This document shows positions 1 through 8,807 of a DNA stretch of 64,000 nucleotides, in pieces. Each line of letters begins with the position of its first letter. Position 1 is the first letter of the stretch. The notes under the pieces are model-generated. The model did no database searches. It worked only from the letters and a program-made list of their open reading frames with translations, and was not told the DNA's origin. A program made the position numbers and the translations under genes. This DNA comes from Thermoanaerobaculia bacterium (GTDB lineage Bacteria > Acidobacteriota > Thermoanaerobaculia > UBA5066 > DATFVB01), in assembly GCA_035260525.1 (NCBI GenBank), contig DATFVB010000073.1, positions 1,637 through 65,636 on the forward strand. The letters are read 5' to 3'.

Positions 1-87
1 GAGGCCCGCTGGTTCGCCCCGCACGAGCTCGCGAAGCTCGAGTTCGCGTTCGACCACGCGGAGATCGCCGCCGCCCACGTCTCGTGA
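1..87 (+). CDS. 3' end of an upstream gene; possibly a NUDIX-hydrolase-like C-terminus (partial, 5' end outside window)
   Basis: In-frame translation EARWFAPHELAKLEFAFDHAEIAAAHVS ends at TGA 85-87. This resembles NUDIX C-terminal tails. The stop overlaps the GTG start of the next gene (GTGA). Confidence 0.3.
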   Translation, partial: EARWFAPHELAKLEFAFDHAEIAAAHVS

Positions 88-956
88 CCGACTTCCCCCG
101 CTACGAGGCGATCCTCCTTCCCCACCCCCGCCTCCCCGCCACCACGGTCGTCGCCGAGTTCGCGCTGCCGACGGGCTCGTTCAAGGACCGGGGGGCCGAG
201 GCCGTCGTCGCTCACGCCTGCGCCGCGGGAGCGCGCCGGGTCTCGCTCGACTCGTCGGGCAACGCCGGCCTCGCCGTCGCGGCGGCCGCGCGCCGCGCCG
301 GCCTCGAGGCGGTCGTCCGCGTCGCGGCGGGGATCTCGCCCGCGAAAGAAGCGCTCATCGCCTCGACCGGCGCGCGCATCGAGAAGTTCGACAGCCGGGC
401 GGAGGCCGTGCGCGCGTGCGCGGCCGACCTCGACGCATACGACGCGAGCCATGTTCGGAACCCCGTCTTCCGCGAAGGGGTCGCGACACTCGCGGCGGCC
501 TGGGCGCGGAAGGCCTCCCTTCCCGACCGCGTCGTCCTCCCCCTCGGAAACGGCTCCCTCCTCCTCGGGCTCTGGGAGGGCCTCCGGCGGCTCCGCGCGG
601 AACGGACGATCGGGCGCCTGCCGCGGCTCGTCGCCGTCCAGTCCGAACGATGCGCGCCGATCGCGCGTCCTTCGGCCCCGGGCGACGGCCGGACGATGGC
701 CGACGGCTGCGCCGTCCTGGACCCGCCGCTCGCCGGCGCGATCCGCGCCGCGATCGAGGAGAGCGGGGGCCTTGCGATCGCGGTCCCGGAGAGCTCGATC
801 GCGGCGGCATGGCGGGAGGCGTGGAACGACGGTTTTCCCATCGAGCCGACGTCCGCCCTCGCGTTCGCGGCGTTCGACGCGCTGCCCGAGGCCGATGCGA
901 CCGCGGTGATCGCGACCGGATCGGGGCTGAAGCATCCTCCCGGGGCGGCGTCCTGA
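84..956 (+). CDS. PLP-dependent threonine-synthase-like enzyme (tryptophan synthase beta fold)
   Basis: GSFKDRG PLP-lysine motif, SSGNAG glycine-rich PLP loop, C-terminal TGSGLKHP. GTG start at 84. Confidence 0.7.
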   Translation: MTDFPRYEAILLPHPRLPATTVVAEFALPTGSFKDRGAEAVVAHACAAGARRVSLDSSGNAGLAVAAAARRAGLEAVVRVAAGISPAKEALIASTGARIEKFDSRAEAVRACAADLDAYDASHVRNPVFREGVATLAAAWARKASLPDRVVLPLGNGSLLLGLWEGLRRLRAERTIGRLPRLVAVQSERCAPIARPSAPGDGRTMADGCAVLDPPLAGAIRAAIEESGGLAIAVPESSIAAAWREAWNDGFPIEPTSALAFAAFDALPEADATAVIATGSGLKHPPGAAS

Positions 957-2635
957 GCCCCGGAGAGGTCGCGTCGCGGCTCGACGAGATCGGGCAGATT
1001 CTCCGGCTCGCGGGCGAGAACGAGTTCAAGTCGCGGGCCTACACGCGAGCCGCGCGGTCGCTCGAGACCTGGAAAGGCGACCTCGCGGAGGCGGTCGCGG
1101 ACGGGACGCTGCGGAACGTCCCCGGCATCGGGCCGGCGATCTTCGAGAAAATCGCGACGCTCGTCACGACGGGGACCCTCCCGTATCTCGACGACCTGCG
1201 GCAGCGGTTCCCGGCTTCCCTTTCCGCCCTCTTCCGCGTTCCCGGGCTCGGCCCGAAGAAGATCGAGATCGTCCGCGCGAAGCTCGGCGTCGCTTCCCTG
1301 TCCGAACTCGAGGCGGCGTGCCGCGACGGGCGGATCGAAGCACTCCCGGGATTCGGGCCGGCGTCGACGAGGAAGATCCTGGCCGGAATTGCGTTCGCGC
1401 GCCGGGCGGGAGCGCGGCGGCCGTACGCGCAAGCCGCGGAGCTCGCCTCGCGCCTGCGCGCCGTCGTCGCGGAGTCCGGGCTCGCGGAGAAGGTCGAGGT
1501 CGCGGGAGACGTCCGCCGCGGATGCGAGGTGACCGACGCCGCGACCATCGTCGCCGCGACGGCGCGGCCCGGCGCGGTTCTCGATCTCTTCGCCTCCCTG
1601 CCCGCCTCCGAAGGGGGGGCGACCCGGGGCGGAGACCGCTCGTCGGCGATCTTCCTCGGCGGCCTCCGGGGAGAAGTGCGCGTCTGCGGAGGCTCCGAGT
1701 TCGGGTCGACGCTCCTGCGCGAGACGGGCAATGCCGCCCATGCCGCGCGCGTCCTCGAACGGGCGGCCGGCGGCGGCGCCCGGCCCGGCGCGACCCTCTC
1801 CGAAGAAGAGCTCTACGCGGCGGCCGGACTGCCGTTCATCCCGCCCGAGCTCCGCGAGGATCGCGGCGAGATCGATGCCGCCGCCGCGGGCCGGCTCCCG
1901 CGCCTCCTCGAGCCGGAGGACCTGCGCGGGCTCTTCCACGTCCACACCACCGAATCCGACGGCGCGAACACGCTCGAGGAGATGGTCGACGCCGCCGCGG
2001 CCGCCGGATTCGAATACGTCGCGATCACGGACCATTCGAAGATCGCCGGGTACGCGCACGGACTGGACGAGAGGCGCGTCGAAGCGCAGCGCGCCGAGAT
2101 CGAGCGACTCCGGAAGAGGCGGCCCGGGATCGCGATCTTCCACGGCACGGAAGCGGACATCCTTCCCGACGGTTCGATCGACTACGGCGACGATTTCCTC
2201 GCCTCGTTCGACGTCGTCGTCGCCTCGGTCCATTCCCGGTTCGATCTTCCGGAGGAGGAGCAGACGCGGCGCCTCGTCCGGGCCGCGGAGAACCGGCGGG
2301 TTTCGATCCTGGGCCATCTGACCGGCCGGCTGCTGCTGAGGCGGGAAGGCATCACGATCGATCTTCCCCGCGTCCTCGACGCCGCGGCGGCCTCCGGATG
2401 CGCGATCGAGATCAACGGATCGCCGCGGCGCCTCGACCTCGACTGGCGCTTCCACCGGGACGCCGCCGCTCGAGGAATTCCGCTCGCCATCGGCCCGGAC
2501 GCGCACTCGATCCGCGAGCTCGACTACTTCCGCCACGCCGTGCGCGTCGCCCGCAAGGGATGGGTCGAGCCGGACCAGGTCCTGAACACCCGGCCGGCCG
2601 CTGCGATCCGGAAGTGGATCGCGGCGAGGAGATGA
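809..2635 (+). CDS. polX: DNA polymerase X family protein with C-terminal PHP phosphoesterase domain (start uncertain)
   Basis: Pol-beta-like N-terminus (LSPGEVASRLDEIGQILRLAGENEFKSRAY, HhH GIGPAIFEKI, nucleotidyltransferase segment). PHP motifs HVHTTESDG and ITDHS. The only in-frame ATG or GTG (809 or 821) overlaps the upstream gene by about 140 nt. The conserved sequence begins near 950. Confidence 0.75.
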   Translation: MAGGVERRFSHRADVRPRVRGVRRAARGRCDRGDRDRIGAEASSRGGVLSPGEVASRLDEIGQILRLAGENEFKSRAYTRAARSLETWKGDLAEAVADGTLRNVPGIGPAIFEKIATLVTTGTLPYLDDLRQRFPASLSALFRVPGLGPKKIEIVRAKLGVASLSELEAACRDGRIEALPGFGPASTRKILAGIAFARRAGARRPYAQAAELASRLRAVVAESGLAEKVEVAGDVRRGCEVTDAATIVAATARPGAVLDLFASLPASEGGATRGGDRSSAIFLGGLRGEVRVCGGSEFGSTLLRETGNAAHAARVLERAAGGGARPGATLSEEELYAAAGLPFIPPELREDRGEIDAAAAGRLPRLLEPEDLRGLFHVHTTESDGANTLEEMVDAAAAAGFEYVAITDHSKIAGYAHGLDERRVEAQRAEIERLRKRRPGIAIFHGTEADILPDGSIDYGDDFLASFDVVVASVHSRFDLPEEEQTRRLVRAAENRRVSILGHLTGRLLLRREGITIDLPRVLDAAAASGCAIEINGSPRRLDLDWRFHRDAAARGIPLAIGPDAHSIRELDYFRHAVRVARKGWVEPDQVLNTRPAAAIRKWIAARR

Positions 2636-2739
2636 GGGCGACTCGAAATCCGAATACGGAAATGTGAAGCGAATCCGAATCCCGAAGCACGAAATCCGAA
2701 ATGGCGTCTCGGATCTCGGTCCCGCCGGACCCGGGCGAC

Positions 2740-2916
2740 TCAGCCGGCGGCCGGTTTTCTCTTCTCGGGAAAGTTCTCGTGGATCCAGCGCTGCTTGTTC
2801 CGCAGCCACTCTTCCTCGGTGCGCTTGCGGTTGATCTCGGCGGCCTGCTGCCGCCGGTCGTCTTCGGTCGCCGGGGCCGGCGCGGGGCTCGCCGTCTCGT
2901 CGGGAGATTCGCTCAT
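2740..2916 (-). CDS. Small hypothetical protein (58 aa), not in the supplied ORF track
   Basis: ATG at 2916 to TGA at 2740. Translation is MSESPDETASPAPAPATEDDRRQQAAEINRKRTEEEWLRNKQRWIHENFPEKRKPAAG. Third codon positions are strongly G/C, matching the neighbours. It lies 25 nt downstream of the MFS gene on the same strand. Confidence 0.35.
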   Translation of the reverse strand: MSESPDETASPAPAPATEDDRRQQAAEINRKRTEEEWLRNKQRWIHENFPEKRKPAAG

Positions 2917-2941
2917 CGGCGGCGGATTCTAGCAGACGCGC

Positions 2942-4108
2942 TCATGCGGCGGAGAGGTCGGCCCTGCGGAGCCCGAGCACGGTCACGCCGACGAGCGCCA
3001 GGAGGACGCCGTTGACCGCGAGGACGGTGGTGACCGACGTTCGGGCGGCGACGGCGCCCGCGACGACGTTCCCGAGCGGGATCGCCCCCCGGAATGCCAG
3101 CATGTAGACCGAGCCGACGCGACCTCGCATCTCGTCGGCGACGATCGTCTGCACGAGCGACATCAGCATCGTGAAGACGACCGAGAGGGCCGCGCCGCCG
3201 AGGAACAGGAGGGCGCACGACAGCGTGAAATTCCGGGAGAGCGCGAACGCCACGATGATCGCCGCGAACACGACCTGCGCCGCGACCGCGCGGATGCCCT
3301 TGCGCGCGGAGTGGGACAGGCGGGCGGCCGCGATCGCCCCGAGCACGGCGCCGACGCCGAAGAACGTCAGGAACCGGCCGTAGGCGCGCACGTCGCGCGC
3401 GAAGATCACCTTGGCGAAGACGGGAAGGAAGGTCAGCAGCGGGAACGCGAAGAAGCTGCCCGCGAACGAGAGCAGGATGAGGGCCTTCATCGCCGGGGTC
3501 CGGCTGATGAAGGAGAGGCTTTCCCGAAGGCTCTGCAGCACCGGCGGGTGCCGCCCGGTCTTGCGGACGAACCGGGTGCGGATCAGCAGCAGCGCCGCGA
3601 TCACGACGAAGAACGAAAGCCCGTTCAACCCGAAGCACGCCGCCGCGCCGAACTTCGCGAACGCGACCGCGGCGAGCAGGGGGCCGACGACCCGCGCGAG
3701 GTTGAACTGGGTGGACTGCAGCGAGACGGCGTTCGGCACGTCCTCCTTCTCGACGAGGGTCGGGACGAGCGCCTGGTACGCCGGCCCGCCGAACGACTGC
3801 GCAACCCCCGTCAGGAACGAGAGGACGAGGATGTGCCAGATCTGGACGCGGCCGAAGAAGACGAGCCCTGCCAGGACGAAGGCGTTGGTCAGCTGCACGA
3901 CCTGCGAGCCGAGGAGGATCTTGCGCCGGTCGTAGCGGTCGGCGACGACGCCGCCCAGCAGCGAGAAGAGGATGAACGGGGCGTCTCCGAGGAAAGCGTC
4001 GAGGCCCAGCCAGAACGCCGAACGGGTCATGTCGAAGATCAGCCAGTTCTGCGCGACCTCCTGCATCCACGTCCCGCACGAGGACGTGAACGAGCCGGAC
4101 CAGAGCAT
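2942..4108 (-). CDS. MFS transporter (EntS/enterobactin-exporter-like)
   Basis: 388 aa with about 12 predicted TM segments. N-terminus LWSGSFTSSCGTWMQEVAQNWLIF is typical of this MFS subfamily. The true start may lie slightly upstream. Confidence 0.8.
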   Translation of the reverse strand: MLWSGSFTSSCGTWMQEVAQNWLIFDMTRSAFWLGLDAFLGDAPFILFSLLGGVVADRYDRRKILLGSQVVQLTNAFVLAGLVFFGRVQIWHILVLSFLTGVAQSFGGPAYQALVPTLVEKEDVPNAVSLQSTQFNLARVVGPLLAAVAFAKFGAAACFGLNGLSFFVVIAALLLIRTRFVRKTGRHPPVLQSLRESLSFISRTPAMKALILLSFAGSFFAFPLLTFLPVFAKVIFARDVRAYGRFLTFFGVGAVLGAIAAARLSHSARKGIRAVAAQVVFAAIIVAFALSRNFTLSCALLFLGGAALSVVFTMLMSLVQTIVADEMRGRVGSVYMLAFRGAIPLGNVVAGAVAARTSVTTVLAVNGVLLALVGVTVLGLRRADLSAA

Positions 4109-4281
4109 CCGGTAGTCGCGGTACGAGAAGGCGCGAAAGGTCTTTCGCCACCCGCCCGGCGGGGGGAGCGGCGCGCCGGCGGCGGACGACGCCGCGGGCG
4201 ATTCTCCGGCGGCGATCGTCCCGCCGCCGATTTCCTTATCGATTCTCTTTCGTATAACTTCCTCGCCCGGGAGAATATTAC

Positions 4282-7014
4282 GTGAAACGAACCGCCGGGT
4301 TTCTCGCCTTCTCCGTCCTCGCCGCGTCGGCGGCGACGTTCGCGCAGACTCCCGATCCCCGGGCGGATCACGGGGCCGCCGCGCTGAGGCGATCGCTCCT
4401 CGAGGCGTCCACGACGGCGTCGCTCCTGCAGGTGACCGCGCATCCGGACGACGAGGACGGCGGGCTCCTCACGATGCTCGCCCGCGGCCGCGGCGTTCGC
4501 GTCGGGCTCGTGACGCTCACGCGCGGCGAGGGTGGGCAGAACAAGATCGGACCGGAGCTCTTCGACGCTCTCGGCGTGACCCGAACGGAGGAGCTCCTCG
4601 CCTCGGACCGCTATTACGGCGTCTCCCAGTTCTTCACGCGCGCGGTCGACTACGGATTCTCGAAGACGCTCGCCGAGGCGCTCGCGAAGTGGCGTTTCGC
4701 CGACGCGGACGGCGGACCGGTCGTGGGCGATCTCGTCCGGGTGATCCGCCGTTTCCGTCCCGATGTCCTCGTCGCGCGCTTCTCCGGAACGCGGCGCGAC
4801 GGGCATGCGCACCACGAGGCCTCGTCGATCCTCGCCCGCCGCGCCTTCGAAGAGGCGGGCGACCCTTCGAAGTTCCCGGAGCAGATCCGGGAGGGTCTCC
4901 TCCCGTGGAAGCCGAAGAAGCTCTACGTCGGAATCATCCGCGCCGGCGAGGACTGGACCGTTTCCGAGGACGTCGGCGCCTACGACTCTCTGCTCGGCCT
5001 TTCTTACGCGCAGCTCGCGTGGCAGGGACTGTCGCACCAGCGCACCCAGGGCGTCGGCCAGGTCCAGCCGGATCCCGGCTCCCGGCCCGTCTACTACAAG
5101 CGGATCGACGGAACGCCCGCCGCGGCCGTGCTCGACGTTTCCGGACGCGTCGAGATCCCCTATCACGAGGGAAAAGGCGTTCCCGAGAGCGGGTTCTTCG
5201 ACGGGATCGACACGAGCCTCTCCGGAATCGCGGACCGCCTCGGCGCCGACGAGAGATCGGTGCCTTTCCTGCGGCCGGGGCTCGCCTCCCTCGCCCGCGA
5301 GGTCGGCGCGGCCTCCGGCGCCTTCGACGCGGCGCGACCGGAGAAATGCGCCGAGCCGCTCTCGCGCGCGCTCGCGGCCGCCGACCGGCTCGTCCGGGAC
5401 CTCGAGGGGTCGGCGCTCCCGCCGGCGGAGAAATCGCCGGGGCTCTTCCTCCTCGGCATCAAGCGCGACCAGCTTCGCGGCGCCCTCGACCACGCGCTGT
5501 CGCTGGCGCTCGTCGCGCGGGTCGAGCCGGAAAAGGAGCCGGGCTCCCCGTTCCCGGGCTTCCGGTTCGCCGTGGAGACCGCGCGCGTCGCCGTCCCGGG
5601 CGGAAGCTACCCGATCTCCGTATCGCTTTCGAACCGCTCGTCGGCCGACCTGAAGGTCCTCGGCGCTTCGATCGAGGCCCCGGCCGGGTGGAAGGTCGAT
5701 GCGGTCTCGCCGGCGCCCGCCGACCTTCCCTCGGGGCAGACCGCGCGCGCGCTCTTCCGGGTGACGGTCGCCGCGGACGCTTCGTTCACGGCGCCGTTCT
5801 GGCATCGGGCGTCCGTCGAGGACGCCGTCTATTCCGTCGACGACCCCGCGAAAATCGGCGATCCTCTGCCCGCGTTCCCGCTCCGCGCGCGCGTCCGCTA
5901 TTCCGTCGCCGGAGCGGAGAACGCGATCGAAACGGTCGTCGAGACCCGGACGATCGATCCCCTGCGCGGCGAGGTCGCCCGCGCGCTCGCCGTCGAACCC
6001 GCGCTTTCGATCCGAAACACGCCGCCTCTCGCCGTCGTCCCGCTCGCGCGCGTCGGCCGCGGGAGCGTCCCGCTCGACGTCGAGGTCACCGCCCAGGCGC
6101 CCGGACCGCAGAGCGGACGCGTTTCGCTCGACGTCCCGGCGGGATGGCCGAGACCGGCGGCCCGGACGTTCGCGATCGGCGGCGACGAGACTTCCGCGGC
6201 CGTGCGCTTCGCCCTCGAAGTGCCCGCGGGCACCGGGCCCGGGATCTATCGGGTGGGGGCGGCGGCCGACGGCGCGAGCCGGACGCTCGACTTCATCGAG
6301 CATCCCGACATCGGGCCTTTCTATTTCCTGAAGGCCGCCGAGACGCGCGTCGAGGTGCTCGACCTGCGGCTCCCGGACGGGCTCTCGATCGGCTACGTGC
6401 GCGGCGCCGAGGACTCGATCCCCGAATTCCTCCAGCAGCTCGGGATCCGCGTCCACCTCCTCACCGCCGAGGACCTCGAGAAAGGAAACCTCTCTTCGTA
6501 TCCGACGATCGTGACCGGCCCGCGCGCCTACGACGTCCGCGACGACCTTCGGCGGGCGAACCCGCGCCTTCTCGACTACGTTCGAGCCGGCGGCCGCCTC
6601 GTCGTCCAGTACAACAGCAACACGCGCGCGTTCGACGCGGGGAACTGGTTCCCGCATCCGGCGAAGTTCCCCGACCGGAACGAGAGGGTCACGGTCGAGG
6701 ACTCGCCGGTCGAGATGCTCTCTCCCGAGGACCCGGTCTGGAACCGGCCCAACCGGATCACGCCGCGCGACTTCGACGGCTGGGTGCAGGAGCGGGGCCT
6801 CTATTTCGTCGGCGAGTGGTCCGCCGACTGGAAGCCGCTCCTCTCGATGCACGATCCGGGCGAGCCGCCGCTGCGCGGCGGGCTGCTGACGACCACGCTC
6901 GGCAAAGGCACGTACGTCTTCACCGCGGAATCGTGGTTCCGCGAGCTCCCGGAGGGAGTGCCCGGCGCGATCCGCATCTTCGTCAACCTGATCTCGCCGG
7001 CGACGACGCGTTGA
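4282..7014 (+). CDS. Secreted PIG-L/LmbE-family N-acetylglucosaminyl deacetylase domain protein with C-terminal ThuA/class-I-GATase-like domain
   Basis: Signal peptide MKRTAGFLAFSVLAASAATFAQT. LmbE motif AHPDDE and HAHHEAS. C-terminal block YPTIVTGPRAYDVRDDLRRANPRLLDYVRAGGRLVVQYN. Confidence 0.8.
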   Translation: MKRTAGFLAFSVLAASAATFAQTPDPRADHGAAALRRSLLEASTTASLLQVTAHPDDEDGGLLTMLARGRGVRVGLVTLTRGEGGQNKIGPELFDALGVTRTEELLASDRYYGVSQFFTRAVDYGFSKTLAEALAKWRFADADGGPVVGDLVRVIRRFRPDVLVARFSGTRRDGHAHHEASSILARRAFEEAGDPSKFPEQIREGLLPWKPKKLYVGIIRAGEDWTVSEDVGAYDSLLGLSYAQLAWQGLSHQRTQGVGQVQPDPGSRPVYYKRIDGTPAAAVLDVSGRVEIPYHEGKGVPESGFFDGIDTSLSGIADRLGADERSVPFLRPGLASLAREVGAASGAFDAARPEKCAEPLSRALAAADRLVRDLEGSALPPAEKSPGLFLLGIKRDQLRGALDHALSLALVARVEPEKEPGSPFPGFRFAVETARVAVPGGSYPISVSLSNRSSADLKVLGASIEAPAGWKVDAVSPAPADLPSGQTARALFRVTVAADASFTAPFWHRASVEDAVYSVDDPAKIGDPLPAFPLRARVRYSVAGAENAIETVVETRTIDPLRGEVARALAVEPALSIRNTPPLAVVPLARVGRGSVPLDVEVTAQAPGPQSGRVSLDVPAGWPRPAARTFAIGGDETSAAVRFALEVPAGTGPGIYRVGAAADGASRTLDFIEHPDIGPFYFLKAAETRVEVLDLRLPDGLSIGYVRGAEDSIPEFLQQLGIRVHLLTAEDLEKGNLSSYPTIVTGPRAYDVRDDLRRANPRLLDYVRAGGRLVVQYNSNTRAFDAGNWFPHPAKFPDRNERVTVEDSPVEMLSPEDPVWNRPNRITPRDFDGWVQERGLYFVGEWSADWKPLLSMHDPGEPPLRGGLLTTTLGKGTYVFTAESWFRELPEGVPGAIRIFVNLISPATTR

Positions 7015-8348
7015 CCGAGCTCCGCCGCGAGATCGGCCTCTGGCGGGGGGTCGCTCTCAACATGATCGACATGGTCGGGATCGGCCCGTTCATCACGATC
7101 CCGCTGATCCTGTCGGCCATGGGAGGCGGCCGCGCGATGCTCGCGTGGCTCCTCGGCGCGCTGCTCGCGATCTCCGACGGACTCGTGACGGCCGAGCTCG
7201 CCGCCGAGCTCCCCGCCTCCGGCGGGACCTACGTCTTCCTCCGGGAGGCTTACGGGCGCGACCGCTGGGGGCGTCTGCTCTCGTTCCTCTTCCTGTTCCA
7301 GATCCTGATCTCGGCGCCGCTGTCGATGGCCTCCGGAGCGATCGGATTCGCAAAGTACCTCGTCTATCTCTTCCCGTCGATCTCCTGGCCGACGTCGGCG
7401 ATCGCCGCCGTCGCCTGCGCGGCGCTGACTCTGCTCCTGCTCCGCCGCATCGGAACCCTCGGAAAGCTCTCGATCCTCCTCTGGGCGGGGGTGCTCGCGA
7501 CCGTGGGGATCATCATCGCGGCGGGACTTCCGCATCTGAAGCTCTCGGCGTTCGCGTTCTGGCGGGCGCCGAGGCTCGACGGCGGCACGGCGTACGCCGG
7601 CCTTCTCACCGCCCTCGTCTTCGCCGTGTACGACTATCTGGGCTACTACAACATCTGCTATCTCGGAGACGAGATCCACGACCCGACGCGAACGATTCCC
7701 CGCGTGATCGTGATCTCGATCCTCGCGATCGCGGTCCTCTACGTCGTGATGAACGCCTGCCTCGTCTCGGTCCTTCCGATGCGGACGGCGATGACTTCCG
7801 AGCACGTCTTCTCCGACTACCTCGCCGTCCTCCTGGGCCCGAAGGCGGCGCGGGCCGTGACGCTCCTGATCCTCTGGACCGGACTCGCGTCCGTCTTCTC
7901 GCTGATCCTCGGCTACTCCCGGATCCTCTGGGCCGCGGGGAAAGACCGCAACTTCTTCGCCGTGTTCGGACGCCTCCATCCGACGGGAGCGTTCCCGTGG
8001 GTGGCGGTGGTCTGGCTGGGAGCCACCGGTACGATCTTCTGCCTCCTGCCGCTGCCGACCGTCATTCGTTCGATCATCACGATCCGGGCGATCATCCCGT
8101 TCTTCACCCAGGTCGTCGCCGCGGTGATCCTCCGCGTCCGGGAGCCTCGGCGGCCGCGGCCGTTCCGGATGTGGCTCTATCCCCTTCCGGCCGCCGTCGC
8201 GATGGTCCTCTGGGGCTACATCGTCGTGTCGCCCGAGAAGGGCTTCAAGCCGGCGGGAGCGCTCGTGATGGCGGCCGGGCTCGGGTTCTTCCTCGTGCGG
8301 GCCTTCGCGCGGAAACAATGGCCGTTCTCGCGGCGCGCCGCCGCCTAG
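7011..8348 (+). CDS. APC-family amino acid permease
   Basis: LWRGVALNMIDMVGIGPFITIPL N-terminus and about 12 TM segments. TTG start at 7011 overlaps the previous stop (TTGA). An alternative ATG lies at 7062. Confidence 0.8.
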   Translation: MTELRREIGLWRGVALNMIDMVGIGPFITIPLILSAMGGGRAMLAWLLGALLAISDGLVTAELAAELPASGGTYVFLREAYGRDRWGRLLSFLFLFQILISAPLSMASGAIGFAKYLVYLFPSISWPTSAIAAVACAALTLLLLRRIGTLGKLSILLWAGVLATVGIIIAAGLPHLKLSAFAFWRAPRLDGGTAYAGLLTALVFAVYDYLGYYNICYLGDEIHDPTRTIPRVIVISILAIAVLYVVMNACLVSVLPMRTAMTSEHVFSDYLAVLLGPKAARAVTLLILWTGLASVFSLILGYSRILWAAGKDRNFFAVFGRLHPTGAFPWVAVVWLGATGTIFCLLPLPTVIRSIITIRAIIPFFTQVVAAVILRVREPRRPRPFRMWLYPLPAAVAMVLWGYIVVSPEKGFKPAGALVMAAGLGFFLVRAFARKQWPFSRRAAA

Positions 8349-8782
8349 CCGCGCTCGCCTGCGCGGCGGCCGCGGCGTTGGCGCCGCCCGCCTGCCGCGG
8401 GCCGGCCGATCCCGCGGCGGAGACCGTTCGATCGCTCGTCCGGGACGCGAACCACCGCGACGCGGGCAAGATCGCCGCCGCTCTCGCGTCCGGCTTCCAG
8501 GGCTCGGGCGGCATGGGCCGCAACGACCTCGACGCCGAGCTCCGCCGCCTTTTCGCGGCGTACGCGTCGGTCGACGTGTCCGTCAGCGGCCTCGCGATCG
8601 AGCGATTCCCCGATTTCGACCTCGCGCGCTTCGAGGCCTCGTTCCACGGCTCGGCGCGGAAGATCGGCGGCCTCGAGGCGCTCCTTCCCTCGTCGGCGCG
8701 CTACCGGTTCGAGATCCGGCTCGCCCGCGACGGCGAGCGGCGGCTCGTGACGCAGGCCGTCTGGGAGGAGATCCCCGAGTGA
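8318..8782 (+). CDS. Hypothetical secreted or lipoprotein (154 aa)
   Basis: ATG at 8318. Signal-like N-terminus MAVLAARRRLAALACAAAAALAPPAC. No motif I recognise. Confidence 0.5.
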   Translation: MAVLAARRRLAALACAAAAALAPPACRGPADPAAETVRSLVRDANHRDAGKIAAALASGFQGSGGMGRNDLDAELRRLFAAYASVDVSVSGLAIERFPDFDLARFEASFHGSARKIGGLEALLPSSARYRFEIRLARDGERRLVTQAVWEEIPE

Positions 8783-8807
8783 CCGGCGAAGCCGGCACGT
8801 CTTCCGG

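Noticed and set aside
212-2809. Very long alternative-frame ORFs on the opposite strand of, or out of frame with, real genes. Examples: 212..2809(-), 4039..6852(-), 4689..7010(+), 16562..19318(-), 17347..20013(+), 37606..39945(+), 42804..45341(-), 45815..49498(+), 48940..51594(+), 55160..57568(+).
   Set aside because: Translations are Arg/Gly/Pro/Ala-rich and low-complexity, with no domain motifs. This is typical of spurious stop-free frames in 70% GC DNA. Each overlaps a gene with clear conserved motifs.
2701-3015. Plus-strand ORF 2701..3015 (104 aa)
   Set aside because: Arg/Gly-rich artefact composition. The minus-strand 58-codon ORF 2740-2916 in the same place has much better codon bias.
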